Of a stretch of DNA of 64,000 bases, positions 12,475-26,499 are shown piece after piece (position 1 is the first letter of the stretch; each line of letters begins with the position of its first letter). The DNA is taken from assembly GCF_006345805.1 (NCBI RefSeq), contig NC_043000.1:89218001-89282000 (forward strand). The letters run 5' to 3'. A program made the translations under genes and the position numbers. Source of the stretch: Octopus sinensis (lineage: Eukaryota). The notes beneath the pieces are model-generated. The model did not search any database. It was not told the DNA's origin and was given only the letters and a program-made list of their open reading frames with translations.

Positions 12475-12567
12475 TAATTTGGTACGATCGTTTCGTACTA
12501 CATCATTTTATTAAATGTTGTAAGTATTACAACAGTTTTAAAATGCTGAGTACTCATCAGCCAATTA
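12475..12567 (-). ncRNA. Type I hammerhead ribozyme motif with extended stem II
   Basis: TAATTGG-CTGATGA-GTACT...AGTAC-GAAA-CGATCG-TA-CCAAATTA; all core nucleotides present, stems I and II pair, stem III is the palindrome ACGATCGT, cleavage triplet GTA. Confidence 0.75.
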
Positions 12568-13224
12568 TAGAGGTTTTCCATTAATACAAAAATTTTCATA
12601 TCAAGTGGCAATATTATAGAGAAGGTAGATACATAGACAAAGATATGGATTTAAATTTTAAGAACATTTGAGGTAGTGGAGCTCATCAAACTGACTGACT
12701 AAGATTCAGTTGTTCCAAACTACTTTAAGGTTCTGAGAATGAAGAACAAGTGAGAGGAGGCAATAAAGATTTTCTAATTATAGAAATGGGGTATAGGGGA
12801 TGTCATAGCTCCATATAAGGAATTTGTGTGGAAGACAGCATTGTCACAACTAAATGCCAATTACTACTATTTGATGAACAAATTCAGCGTTAGGAGAACT
12901 AGGTCAATGTCAAATGGTCACAATAATATGCATATCCTCACAACAATATTGGAGAACACTATAAAAAGGAGAATTTAATTCTAAGTTTGTAATGAAGTTT
13001 TTTAATCATTTATGGGTGTTAAACTAAAACCAGTATGGTATATTCTTTCCTATTTGGTTAAACATATTTTGTAAAGATATCTTAGACTAATTATATATTA
13101 AGAAATGGAAGTGAGATAATCAAGGTGAACTGAATAGTTTCTTTATGGACATAGGATTCATGCTATTTAGTATTCCTACTATTTGGGGTTCATGCTATTT
13201 AGGAGTCCAACTATTTAGAACTAA

Positions 13225-13276
<52 letters not shown>

Positions 13277-13707
13277 ACGTGTGTGTGTGTATACCAGTCA
13301 ATTCGAGGATAGCAGATCCTCGTCAGAGATTAAATAATCCAAATATTTCATTGGTTAATCACTATCATAGGAGAAAGTCTCGATGATATGTCAGGCATTA
13401 GTATAGTAATATATATTGTTAATAATGAAAAAAAGAATATTCTGAATTATAGTAGTATGAATAATTTATTTGTATGATATAATGAGGTTGACACCGCTTG
13501 GCAACCGGTGTTGGTTTTTTATGTTCCCGTGACATTAGGGTTCAGTAAAGTGAGGCCGATAGAATAAATAACCTATCTCTAAAATTAGTGGGTGGTTTGT
13601 TCGACTAAATCCTTCAAGGCAGTGCTACATCATGGCTGGAGTCCAATGAGTGAAACAAGTAAAATATAAAAAATAAAGAATGACTGTAAATTTAACAATA
13701 AATTGGT

Positions 13708-14105
13708 CTTTTCTACTCTAGGCACAAGGCCCGAAATTTTCGGGGAGGGGACCAGTCGATTAGATAGACTCCAGTACGCAACTGGTACTTAATTTATCGA
13801 CCCCGAAAGGATGAAAGACAAAGTCGACCTCGGCGGAATTTGGACTCAGAACGTAACGGCAGACGAAATGCCTATTTCTTTTCTACCCACAAGGGGCTAA
13901 ACACAGAGGGGACAAACAAGGACAGACAAACGGATTAAGTCGATCACATCGATCCCAGTGCGTAAGTGGTACTTAATTTATCGACCCCGAAAGGATAAAA
14001 GGCAAAGTCGACCTCGGCGGAATTTGAACTCAGAACGTAACGGCAGACGAAATACGGCTGCGCATTTCGCCCGGCGTGCTAACGTTTCTGCCAGCTCGCC
14101 GCCTC
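13708..14105 (-). mobile_element. SINE family A dimer
   Basis: Two consecutive near-identical cores at about 13790-13870 and 13970-14105. Confidence 0.85.
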
Positions 14106-15330
14106 GATGACTGTAAATTGGTGAAAGATCACTCAGGGCAGAAAGACGTTTTGAAGGATTGGCAAAAAAAATTAATAAGAGAAGAAATGCCTCTGGCATT
14201 CCTTTCTCGACCAGCAAGTATTCTCTGGGTTATTTCCCTTGTAGTATATCATTTATTACCCCTGCTCTTAAGCTGAGCTGTCAGTTAAGTGTAAAGAGAC
14301 TAATGCCGGTATTCTGGCAGTTATATAAACGGTGCTAGAATTAATAGAATATGAACAAACACATTAAGAATCAATGAGTGTAATGTAGTTGTGAGCGCTT
14401 ACAATATGGATAGTATTATTCTATGACGTCAAGAAACATTATTCCTGTTACAGCTTAGCTGTCGAATGATTGGGTACACTTATGAGGCATGTGAATGTGA
14501 AAAGAGTATTGAAAGGAAGTTAAATTAAGAACTCGTGAAAGAGGAATATTCAAGTATTTAGAATAAAATGTTAATCACTCCAGGAGAGAATTACTGTAAA
14601 TCAAGATTTATGCAGATACGCATTCTCAATACAAATAGGAAAAAAGAAAACCACTAAGGTACAACGATGAATCAAATGACGAAGTGAAATCCGAATTAAA
14701 AAGACTGGCAGATCAGATCTACGCAAACATACACAGCTGTAAAATGACCAATGCTGAAAAAACACCATAAAGCAAGGGTGTTTTTATCAACGTAGCTATT
14801 ATTAATACATTCTGGAAGATCCAAACCTTAAGATGCTAACCGCTATTGGTTTTAGCCATCAGAATACACTTCTTCCTTTTAGATAATATAAACAACTGCA
14901 ATCAGTATAGTCAGGTTCGATTCTGCCAGAGCGTATAGTAATGAATAGATAGTTATTATTCGGAGTCTTGTTGCTATGCTTGCACTTCATGAATTACTAT
15001 CTGTTTAGCAGACATCAGTACACATCAGCAAAGAATTTATCAGATTCATTGATCTAAGGATAGCTTTGAGTGAGGAGACAATTTAAGCAAACTAGCACCT
15101 GTTGTCACATACACATAGTATATCTACACACGACGGGCTTCTTTTAATTTTCATCTGCTAAATCCACTCACAAGTTTTGGTCAGCCCAGGACTATAGTAG
15201 AAGATACTCGCCCAAGGTACCACTCTATGGGATTGATTACTGAACTATGTAGTTTGAAGCAAACTTCTTACCACACAGCCGTCCCGCATATCATGGCATT
15301 TCTCTTTCTCCCCCCTCTCTCTCTCTTTAC

Positions 15331-15393
<63 letters not shown>

Positions 15394-15964
15394 ATTTGTG
15401 ATAATGGCGCACTCCTTTGGACGGTTTAAGTTAATTAGCCCGCAGTTAGAAGTCGTTTCAAGTTGATAAACGTAAAATGTATAATTACCAATTTCGTTAG
15501 CATTTTATGATATGGTATTAAGCAACCGAGGTAATGAATAAAGTTTTTTTAACACAAATTTGGAAGTTAGTAATAAATGAAAGTTCATGAAATGAGATCG
15601 CAATTGCAGTAGACATTAAGGATCCTATATCTTACCTGAAGCGTTTTGTAGCATGTAGTTATTTTACTTGTAATGCCTCACACAACCGCTTTGAAGCTTT
15701 TTACAATGAAAGTCATGTATGATAAAGAAAAGCAAACATTTATAACAAGCACACAAATAGAATAAAATAAAGGTACAAAAATAAATGTCAGAGCACGCTT
15801 ATGAGCGAACAGCGTGCGTGAAGTAAGAAGGGTCATTCAAGATAATGTACTGTTAACAGCAATCACAGAAATGAAGTAAAATATCAATGAAATGCTTGTA
15901 GGAAGTCTGATTGCTAACGGCTACAGTTTGGCGTAGATGTGAATATTGCAGTAGAGGAATAACT

Positions 15965-16630
15965 ACTTTAGGGCTACTTTGTAGACGACATTTTTGGTTC
16001 TTCTTTCAGGAGCATTAATTATAAATTGTCCGGATGGCCAACTCTGGAACAACCAATGTAGTACTGTCCATGTGAAAAGCATGAAGTTGGAATTCCAATC
16101 CGATAACTTTCAGTGCTTTGTTAATTGTCATGGTGAAGCTGAGTCTGAGAGGATACTGAAGTCTCCGTGTATAGTAGCGACAGTCTGTTGAGGATAGCGG
16201 AAATTTCGGAATAAAAGCTGTATCCCGTGATAATTTGGACTTCAGTGACATGGTACATCATTTGTTTTACCACAAGGCGAGTTCCATTGCATAGTGTGGG
16301 TGCGTTTATATTGCATAGGAGGATGACAGGGCAACCGACTTTTAAGTGAAGTTCATGGGGAAGGAGTCCTGGAGGATGTCGGGAGTTGAGAAATTCTGTT
16401 GGAAAGTGTGTAACCTGATCGAGGTCGGTAATGGTGTCAGCTGATCTGCAACAACGTTCTTGAGAATGTAGCTTACTGAGTAAGTCGTGGTGACAGCTGC
16501 ATTTGGAGGTGCAAGAACAGCCTTTTACTAACGTGCAAATATGGGCAGATTGCAGTGAATAATCATTGTAAAAATTGTATAACTGTCACAACTTTCTATG
16601 AGTAAAAGCAGAGAATATATATAATATAGA
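15965..16630 (-). mobile_element. Helitron fragment with Pif1-like helicase C-terminus
   Basis: EFLNS..PPGLLPHELHLKVGCPVILL..LCNGTRLVV, RRLQYPLRLSFTMTINKA, CFSHGQYYIGCSRVG, TKNVVYK (frameshifted); possible 5' TC terminus at 16630. Confidence 0.85.
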
Positions 16631-17016
16631 TTAATTTCTGAAGGTGTTCAAAAAATAACTAAAAGTCGATTTAAATTGCATGGCTGCCTCAAGGAAGTGC
16701 TAATGTGCAAATATCGGTGGTTTGCAGTGAATGGGCATTGTAAAAACTGTAGCAGAAGACGAAGTGAAAGTAGCCCGACTACGTCATCAAGAAGTAACGA
16801 TCGTTGGTATTTGTTGTTTACCTACAAGAAGGTATCTCCGTACCCTAGGGCCTGCATTACTCATTATATGGAAACTTTGAAGAGTCTATGACCATCTCTA
16901 GAACATAAGTGATGTATGTTCTCAGCATGAACGAATGAAAAATATTGATTTGAAGGAGGAATCAAGAAAAAGACCTGCACATACACACGCACACATCTTC
17001 CGTTTTATCATATATA

Positions 17017-17055
<39 letters not shown>

Positions 17056-17655
17056 GGCGGTGCCCCAGCATGGCCACAGCTCATTAGCTGAAACTGAAAA
17101 AATCAAATCAAAATCAAAATCATATATATATTCAAATATACGTTTATAGCATATGTAGACTTATGAAGAATACAACTATGTTCAAGTTTGACTATTTTTC
17201 ATTATTGATTTCTCAAACTTCCTTTTTAGTCCTTTACTTTTGTTTTGTAACAATATTGTTCTTACATCCATTATTCTGGTCTGCAACGATGAGAGAGACT
17301 TTTCGTTTGCTTGATTCTGTTTCTTTCTTTCTGCAGATCAACTGTCGCGCATGTTGTGTTCTGAGTGCGCCCTGCATTTAATCGCAACAGGTTTAAGAAA
17401 TAACTTTGCAACTTATAAAAGTATACATGGCTATATCATTTTAGAATGTGTGGGCAACATGTCAGTAGCTACAAATTATTACAAAAATGATAGTGTAAAA
17501 GTCTCGGAGCGTCAGACAAACGGATGTACAAAAATTGTATTGCTTCAAATCAAAGATAAAGAAGGGTTAAGGGAATGGGGAAAATTTTTCATATAATAGA
17601 CAAAACAAATACATGCACATATTTACACATCACGCATGCACATATATGTGTGTGC

Positions 17656-17721
<66 letters not shown>

Positions 17722-17861
17722 TCATACATACATACACACATATACGTATACATGTATGTTTGTATGTATGTAAGCTAGTAAAAGTATTTGGTCACGTTTT
17801 GCATTTTTACTTTCTTGTATTAACATAACAAACGAAAATTGATTGTTAGAATATTAAATGT

Positions 17862-17867
17862 TTTATT
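17862..17867 (-). promoter_or_regulatory. Candidate polyadenylation signal AATAAA
   Basis: tttatt on + strand downstream of the putative stop codon, followed by T-rich sequence on the minus strand. Confidence 0.5.
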
Positions 17868-17972
17868 TTCACTTCTTGAACATACATACATATAAAAGAA
17901 AATGCTATAATAAGTGTGAATATAGAGAAAAAATGTTCACAGTGCCGGATAATAGTATAATGATACATTGGT

Positions 17973-17995
17973 TTATTCAGAACCATGTGCAGCAC
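17973..17995 (-). CDS. Probable terminal coding exon (GAAHGSE-stop)
   Basis: Strong acceptor catttatatttccag; phase 1 fits the upstream exon; GT GCT GCA CAT GGT TCT GAA TAA followed by an AT-rich UTR and AATAAA about 105 nt downstream. Confidence 0.65.
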
Positions 17996-18143
17996 CTGGA
18001 AATATAAATGAATATATAAATTAACAAATGAATAAAGCAATACCACAATCCTAAAACTGTATTAATAGTTACTAAATAAGAACTTCATTTCGAAATTACA
18101 CACACGCACACACATACTCACAAAGACACACACACACACACAC

Positions 18144-18241
<98 letters not shown>

Positions 18242-18759
18242 CAAATATGTTTATATATATATACATACATACACACACATTAGAGAGCGAAGTTCACAAT
18301 CATGAGATAGTGAGTTCTATTCCCGGACCGGGCAGTATGTTGCGTTCTTGAGTAAGACAATTTATTTCATGTTGAAATGAGTTGCAACGTCACTGCTGCC
18401 AAACTGCATCGCTCTTTGCCCTTCCGTTTAGTCGGCATGGGGTTGTAGCAGAAGACTATTGGCCAAGGTACCATGCAGTGGGACTGAATAGGGTCCCATG
18501 TGGTCGGGAAGCAAACTTCTTATTGCACAGAGATGTGTGTGTAAATATTTTCATACTCCGCTTTCAAACGTTAAATTTAGCTTAAATTTTATGAAATAAT
18601 GTACTATACTTACTTGCTTCATACATCACGGCAGGAACCTTACGGTCTGGAAAAAATAAAGTGAAAAGACAAATGAGAGAATTGAAAAAAAAACTTAACA
18701 GAATATAGACAGATCAAATTTAATATGTTGAAACAATAATTGTCTACTTAGACAGAAGG

Positions 18760-20000
18760 GAATTTTTTTCTGATAAAGCAAATTTATTGTTCAGTTAATC
18801 GAAGGTATTATACTGTGAAATTTGGTTTTATGTTATCTGCACATTTTTCTATGTGTTCACTTAAAAGAATCTGTCTGTATTGCAGGAACAGGGTCTGCTC
18901 TTTATGTAGTGGTTCTCCATCATAATATCATACTCGTCTGTCCTATATAGTGATGTTCACAACACGAGTATGTTATTACATAAATTAGACTTTGAGAGGC
19001 ACAAGTGAAGTTGGTTTTAATTGTGAACCTCTCCTCTTGTTTGAAAAGGAAATTCGAGCCTTCGTGTAGGTTGGGACATGTTCCACAGATTGGGCGTCCG
19101 TTGGTTTCGTGGTTGTCGTGTAAAGTTTCGCATGGTAGAAGTCTCTTAAGCGATTTGTGCTGCTTTTTGCACTTGATGAATTTATGTGCTTTCAGGATGT
19201 TGTTTATTTTTGGGTCTCTAGCTAGTAAAGGTAGATTTTGCACGATAGTGTTGTATGCCTCATTGTAACTAGTGTTGTGAATTGATATATACAGTAGTGC
19301 TTTGAGATGAGGTGCACTATTGTGCAAATCCTTTTTGTCAAATTAAAGAGGACATTTATTTTGATGGGTTTCGGGTGGCATGAGCTAAAAACAAGATATT
19401 GCTCCGAGTCCGTTGGTTTATGATAGATGTCAGTTATAATTTGGTTATTGTGAATTGAATGTTACGGTTTATATCATTTAGTGTTGATTTGAATTCCAAA
19501 AGCTTATCAAGGATCTCCTTCCAAATGATAAAACAGGTATCTTTTCCAGTTTTCACCATATAATGGTGGAATGGACTTCACAGTTTTCCCCTTCTACAAG
19601 TGCAAAGATACAATTTCTATACAAGAACGTTTAAATGAAGAAAATTTATTCATCGAAAAATACAGAACGCGTCTAAATATGCACGCATAACTAACTTTGA
19701 TCTCTATACATATTTTAATTCACGATTACTGTACATATTTCTCCCTACTTTTCTAGTTTTTGAATTTTTATGTATGAATATATTTCCGCCCCTCCCTCTC
19801 ACCGAAAGAGGAACAATTATCTCCCCTGTTCACAATAATAACAATAACTAACCACCTCCCCTTAGTATTTTCTACTTGTTCAATCATTAATTCATAAACC
19901 CCACACACAACAAAAATATTTTTATTAAGAAAATACGTATGTAAATAAATTTCATTGTCATGATAAGCGAAGGTGAAACCGGTCGATAAACACAATATAA
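18760..20000. mobile_element. Penelope-like element (RT/GIY-YIG relic, minus) with inverted 3' segment (plus, from about 19575)
   Basis: ORF 18920..19327 has FTC.SQSLIYVIT...HYIGQT (GIY-YIG) with upstream CxxC; the plus segment matches 56310-56600 and ends in a degenerate hammerhead (ATGATAA-GCGAAGGT-GAAACCGGTC, 19956-19988). Confidence 0.8.
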
Positions 20001-20106
20001 AATATATTAAGAAATATATTAAAATTATGTAAAGTGAGTGTATGCATTGATGCATGCATATATACATACATATATTATATATGCATGTCTTTGTGTTTAT
20101 GTATGC

Positions 20107-20199
<93 letters not shown>

Positions 20200-23100
20200 A
20201 TATATATATCTCAAAGTGAATAATTGGCAAATATGATGCTGTTGGATTATCTAGACAACCGATACTGAAATATCTACCGCTTCAAATGATTCTAGCACTA
20301 AACTTGTTTATCCATCACTGAACCCTTTTCTTATAGCTCTTTTTTTTTTAAAAACAAAGTTGTTGTTATTGCTGCAGATGAAGATTAACCCACCCACGAA
20401 TTGTTGAATCATGTTTATGTTCAAATAAGCCATCTTGCTTATTTCTTGGGGTCTGAACATAACCTACCTGGAGCTATATTGTTTCATGTGGTTTTCTCTT
20501 TTTAAGGCACTAGTGGATTGGCTGCTACTTCTAGAAAGCTGAGTTGTCCCATAGATACTCCCTCGTTGCGTAAAGGTTATACACAGAAGGGAAATAAAGT
20601 AAATCATCACCTAGGTATGATACTGAGGTATATAATTCGTCAACCAAAGGGACTTAAAAGATTAAATTTGTCCACCAGAAATGGAGCCAAAAACAGCTGA
20701 TGAAATCAAACTGTTTGAAGAACTAAAAATCCATCATGACTATGTTTATGTACCATTTAAAAAGTTGAATGCTCTATTATACACACTGAAGTTAACTAGG
20801 GTGTTTGGAATCCCATTAATACAGAGCTTCAACTTCATACACCCTTTACTTTCTTGAGAGTTATATACTCAATATGATTTGAACTCACTGCAGTTAGACA
20901 ATGAAACTCGTTCCCAGGCCTGTAATGTCTTGCCTGAAGTGAAATGATGCCAAAGAAGGATAAAAACTGAGTTGTAGAGACTAATTCAAACGGAAATCCT
21001 TCTTGACAGCATGGTACTTCGTATTCTATTGTTATCTTGCAAAGTACAAATATTTCTAAATGATAGTCGTATATGGATTGCCTGTTGATTCCATTAGCCA
21101 TTCAATCCAAACGTTCACAATCAGACAACCATTTTTAAGCATTTGGCTGTACTCGCAATTTATTTCAGCTATCTGTATTCATGACCGCATTTATTGGATT
21201 TAAGTGTTGAGTTTTATGAACGAAAGTTGATTCTGAGTAGGAAATCTTTAACTCTGAATGTTTACTTGAACCGTAATGACTAACTTGAAGTGAAAAGAAA
21301 GAACAGCCTTCAGTTTGTAAAGAAAGAGAAATAGCATACATAAATTTATGCATGTGTGTATTATTTTAGGGAATAACAAGTTCAAAAGGAAGCTGGGTTT
21401 TGCCACGTACAAAAAGGTAAGTCTGAGAGGGACTAAAAAACCTATTTGATTCATAATTGTTAGTCCGACAAATTATACATTTTGTTGGACTAATGATTAT
21501 AGATGAATATATATGTGTGTGTGTATGTGTGAGTATGTGTGCGTGTGTGTGTATTTGCGTATATCAAAGACAACAGATACAGTACCATGATGGGTCAGGA
21601 ACTACATCATATTAAGAATGGCTGCAATGCAAGTAAAAGACCGGAAGAAACTTGTCACATATGCAGTTCAAATGCGATCCGATGAAGAACCAATGAAGAA
21701 GCTTTATATAAATTCAGTGACTAGCTGGCGCTGAAGTATCTTGATGTAGTCAGAGTTAATAGTAACGTGGATAATTAATAGGAAAAAGTATCCCGTTCAC
21801 ATACAATTAACGAGTATTGCATTCTGGGTCTCATTCAGCGTGAGTTGTTTATGGAATTAACTGATAATTGGGATAACTTGGACGATTTCTGTCAAGCTGT
21901 GTATCTCAACGATCATAATGGAGTAATGATATGAAATACGTTATGAAGCGTAAATACATCCGAAAATGTATTTGCTTAATAGCTTCCTTACTCATGTGTA
22001 CATTTTAATTTAATTGTTGCTATAGAATTTTATGTTAAAGATTGTTTTGATATTACTCAGGTAAGGAGGGACAGCGGCTATGACTTATGCAGGATCTTTT
22101 AAATCGGATATTATAATGTAGACACGTTGATATTCCAGTAGTTGTTTGCACTTTTTGTTTTTATCTTTCTTTTGTTTGGTAGCATTAAGAGATTGGAAGA
22201 TTGCTATCTATGCACAGATGAAGCTGGGAATCACGGCATTATTAAAAGAAGATTATAAATGAAAATCCGATAAACTTAGAGATTTTTTTTTTATAATAAC
22301 CGAAGAATATTTTGTTTAGCAAAATTGTTCAGATATTTGCTAATTGAAAAACATCTCAGAAAATAAAACATGTGATAAAAATACATAGCTTTTATAACAA
22401 TCGCGTCTCCGTAATTTAACAGATGTAGTGGTGTGATAAATGTTTAAAAATATCTAAACACCACTATACACTTAAGTAACAAATTGATGCTTGGATAATA
22501 GATAACAAAGTATTATACAGTGTTTGGTTTAAAGTAGATTTTTCATGTTTATGTCTTTAAAAGAATGTATTGGGAAAAGGATAAAAACTAATCTTACCGC
22601 AATAATGACAGAACCGTTGGCAGTGTGATAGCCCCCATTTGTAAAGCGATCCATGACATACGTCTATCTTATAACCGGGGCAATTTGCATCTTTATCGTG
22701 ACAGTTTGGATATGGGTCTGAAAAAAAATGATATTTAACATAGTGAATCGCAAACTTAGAAGTATGATAAATGTGGCTCTATACTTATCAAATTGAGGTC
22801 TTTTTAAGAGCTCCAAATTCAAATTTTGCGGTGATTGCTTCGATTGCTAATGGACACCGAGTAGGCAGAGTGAAATGGAGTGTAAAAAAAAAAGAACATG
22901 GTGACAATAATTTGGGCATTATGCCATTTGTTGAAGGAGAAGGGGGTTATATAATGCAGTAAATTACTGGTACTCCTTTTTAAAAAAGTCTTAAAGATAT
23001 GAAAATCAAATGACAATGGCAGCATTTTAGACCAGATGTGTGAGGAACGAGACAAAATCACGAAATAGATTTAGTCCCACCTGCAATAACACCGGCCATC

Positions 23101-25075
23101 CATGTTGCCGATCAATGTTATTAAAGAAGCTAACATACATGTCTTTGCTTCCGAAATCAATTACATTTCTAATCAATGATTAAAAAGAGAGAAAAAATAC
23201 AGTCTACATACCAGGTGTGCTTCCCGTAAAAGGTACTGGAATAGAAAATAATGGAAGAAATTATAAATTACAAACATTTCGAGTATATAACCAGGTTTAC
23301 TGTACTTTCAGTTATGAAAGATTAATTTGTACGTATTACATTCTCTATTCTGCATGTTATACGTTATCAATTTGTTGCAAACAAGTCGTACCCAGAAGTT
23401 TTGAAATTCTTTCAGAAGAAACAATTTTTGATTTTAAAGAAGTACAAAATTCTAATTTCCTTGTAGCGTTTCGTGAAAGCCACATGGAAATCTTACGTTA
23501 TTTTGACTTATTATTATGTGTATGTATATTAAGAAAGACTGCGGTGTTGAATCGTAGTATGAAAGTGTTGAATCGTAGTTCAAAGGATTAGTGAAAAAAA
23601 AATTTCAGAAGTACTGTTCTAGAATTAGCAAATTTGACCCAACCTTGAGTGCATGAGTATCGAGCTGGATAGGTCATCACTAAAAGCTAATTGAAATAAC
23701 CTATTTTTCATTCCGAAACCCCAGTAATAACATGGATCCTTACATTTTCGACTTCATCCCTACGCCTATTCAACCATTACTGACACGAACTCTTTCCCTG
23801 TAGCAAATGTCATTGTGAATACTGTCTATTGTTCAAATGAAGTATTCTATCCTCCTTGTTTGATTCTCGTCAAATGAACGTAAACAAATTAAATCTTGCG
23901 GCACTCAAAATTTGTACCACTCAAACTGGCTCTGTCCTTATCCCTCTATTCTTTCCCTGGTTCTCTATTCCACCAAAGTAGCTCGAAATGATGGTTAATC
24001 AGTTCATCATACGTTAGAACAGATACATTTCATAAAGAAAAGGATTTGAAGAGCCAAACATAATTGCTTAGTTTCGGTTATCTTATTTCCTTAAACATCC
24101 TCTCTCTCTTGTATAGTTCCAGAAAATAATTTTGCTATAACAATATTACAGTATATATCTACCCAGTGTTCTCTTTATCATTCAGCGATCAACCGAGTGA
24201 ATTGAATTCGTCGAATTTGTAAAACTAAAGGTCAAGATGAACAAAGAGATATTGCTTCACTGAAAATTATATTGTATTACATTATACTTCGTTATATTAT
24301 ATATTTGATCAAGCATGTATCAGTGCTAATGTGATAGTAAATTGCACACTAAATACAGGATTATTGAACAGTAACGTAATTATATTACAATTGTAGTAGC
24401 CTAGTAATAATAACAACAACAACAACAACAACAACAACGACAACATTTGATGGGATAAGAGCTCGGCTTTAAACAAACGTAAAGTTGGTCTTCCACAAAT
24501 AGCTAACTTAAGAAGATGCATTCCCAAAGCCAGAATAAAAGCAAAAAAAAAAACGAAGAAGAAATTGAATACTTAATGAAAACACAAGAAACAAACACCA
24601 AAAATAAACAACAAAAGCATTAATCATAAAGATACGACTCACAGACGCAATACAAATGAAAATGTATGCAACAAAAAACAACAAAACTAAACTCAAAGAT
24701 ATCTGCATAGTATTGACCATGAAAAAAAAAGACGAAGAAGAAAACAACAATAATATGGATTCGCAAACACAGCTCTGTGTAAAACTGCAAATTTAGAAAC
24801 AATTTCGATAAAATCACGAAAGAGAAAATTAAAAATGAATTATGAAAAATACATTTATCTTATAGGGATCGCGTTATGTTCAACCGACATCTATGTTTTA
24901 CATAATTATCACTATTACATATAAAATGCTGGACTAAAATCCATATCAGTTAATGAGGTCAGTGTTTAGGACAAATAAGAGTGGACTTAACATATGAATG
25001 CAGATGCAACAAAAATGGAACGATCCCTCAAAATACACACACACACACACACGCACACACACACACACATATATA

Positions 25076-25152
<77 letters not shown>

Positions 25153-25271
25153 GCAAATCGGCCACATTTTTGATGGTCTACTCGAAATAAAATAAGTTTA
25201 TATTTCACAGTGCCTGAGTGTGAATGTGGTGGATATGGTTACTACCTATTATAAATTAAAGCTATACTTAC

Positions 25272-25382
25272 CACAAAGGTTACAATGTTGCGGACAATTG
25301 TCCACTGCCCAGCTACGTAGATTCGTGTCACAAGGGTTAAACGAGAACTTAGAGCAATCCGTCTTATCTCGACAATCACCCA
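25272..25382 (-). CDS. Exon: ShKT-like module 2
   Basis: Acceptor ttaattttcag, donor gtaagt; 111 nt, phase 1 to 1; VGDCRDKTDCSKFSFNPCDTNLRSWAVDNCPQHCNLC (6 Cys). Confidence 0.88.
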
Positions 25383-25453
25383 CTGAAAATTAAAGAGTTT
25401 TCAAATATATAAATTAAAGAATTTTCAAATGTATATGATAGTATTTTTTGTTG

Positions 25454-25699
25454 TGTCTGGGGAGAGTCATTCTCTTTTCATGCCTTATAATTTAACACAC
25501 CGTTAAAATTTCCACTTATTTCTTTTTTATTTTTCTAAAATTTTCTTTGCGTTTTGCAACTTTTTCAATAGTTTTGACTATTGAAAAGGTTGCAAGACGC
25601 AACGAATATTTTGGAAAAATAAAAAAGAAATAAGTGGACATTTTACCGGTGAGTGTGTTAAATTACAAGGCACCATAAGAGAATGACTCTCCCCAGACA
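25454..25699. mobile_element. Fold-back (palindromic) MITE-like element
   Basis: tgtctggggagagtcattctctt ... aagagaatgactctccccagaca; arms of about 120 bp around a tttg loop at 25573-25576, with several mismatches. Confidence 0.85.
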
Positions 25700-26499
25700 T
25701 TTTGTTTCAGTGTAATAACAAGCTCATGCAGCCAACTGGTTTGTTATCTAAGAGGGTAACTAATCGTTTATTTAATTTGATTGACTAATTCTCAGCAGAC
25801 TCAGAATAGACCTGGAAGAGAGAGGACACGTCATTGATGAGATCGTGAATAGCGTTGAAAGGACTTTGACAAACAACTGATAAATTGTTCAGCAAATAGA
25901 TTAAACAAACGATCGATTATTTAGTTGGTTAGGCAAAGCGCAAATAACTAACAATAAAGGAGCTATATTGAACCAGTATTTGTGTTCATTATTGGTGTAA
26001 TGACCCTCCCAATAAATAAAATTTGTTTCAACAAACGACTTCACATCAAGAATCTCGCAAACCAAATACAAAAAGGATGTATATATATTATTTAATAAAC
26101 ACAGTATATGTATGTGCTGCTATTAGCTTAATGTGTTGAGAGCATGCCAGACAGTGTTTTTAACACGTCCAGTGTCCTAGCACTATCGTTAGACTTTGCC
26201 CACATGGCATAACAAACTAAAAATGGGACGACAGGATGAGAGAGAAAGTGAGAAAGGGGAGAAAGAAATAGATATAAAAGGTGGAAGGTGAAAAAATCGG
26301 ATAACGAAACAGAAATCAGAAAGAAGCAAAATGAGGAAATTAGAGTTACTTCCCTTTAGACTTTAAAATATACAGCTGAAAAGATAGTAGCTTAGAGTCT
26401 GTGGTAAGGTTTTTCAATCAGAAGAGGGAAGCACTTTTTAATTCGTCAACAGGAACTTTCCAATTAGTCACAAGAACTTAGCCATGTGCTTACAACCGC

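Noticed and set aside
13299-13330. CTGACGA-GGAT..ATCC-TCGAAT hammerhead-like motif (minus); similar fragments near 10390, 48970, 60925
   Set aside because: GAAA core or CTGANGA core is missing or mutated; at best relics, not callable ribozymes.
23030-23110. ttattgcag acceptor-like site between ShKT-2 and the terminal exon
   Set aside because: Phase-1 reading stops after a few codons (GGTKSIS*) with a weak polypyrimidine tract; the 17995 acceptor is better supported, though an alternative end cannot be excluded without RNA data.
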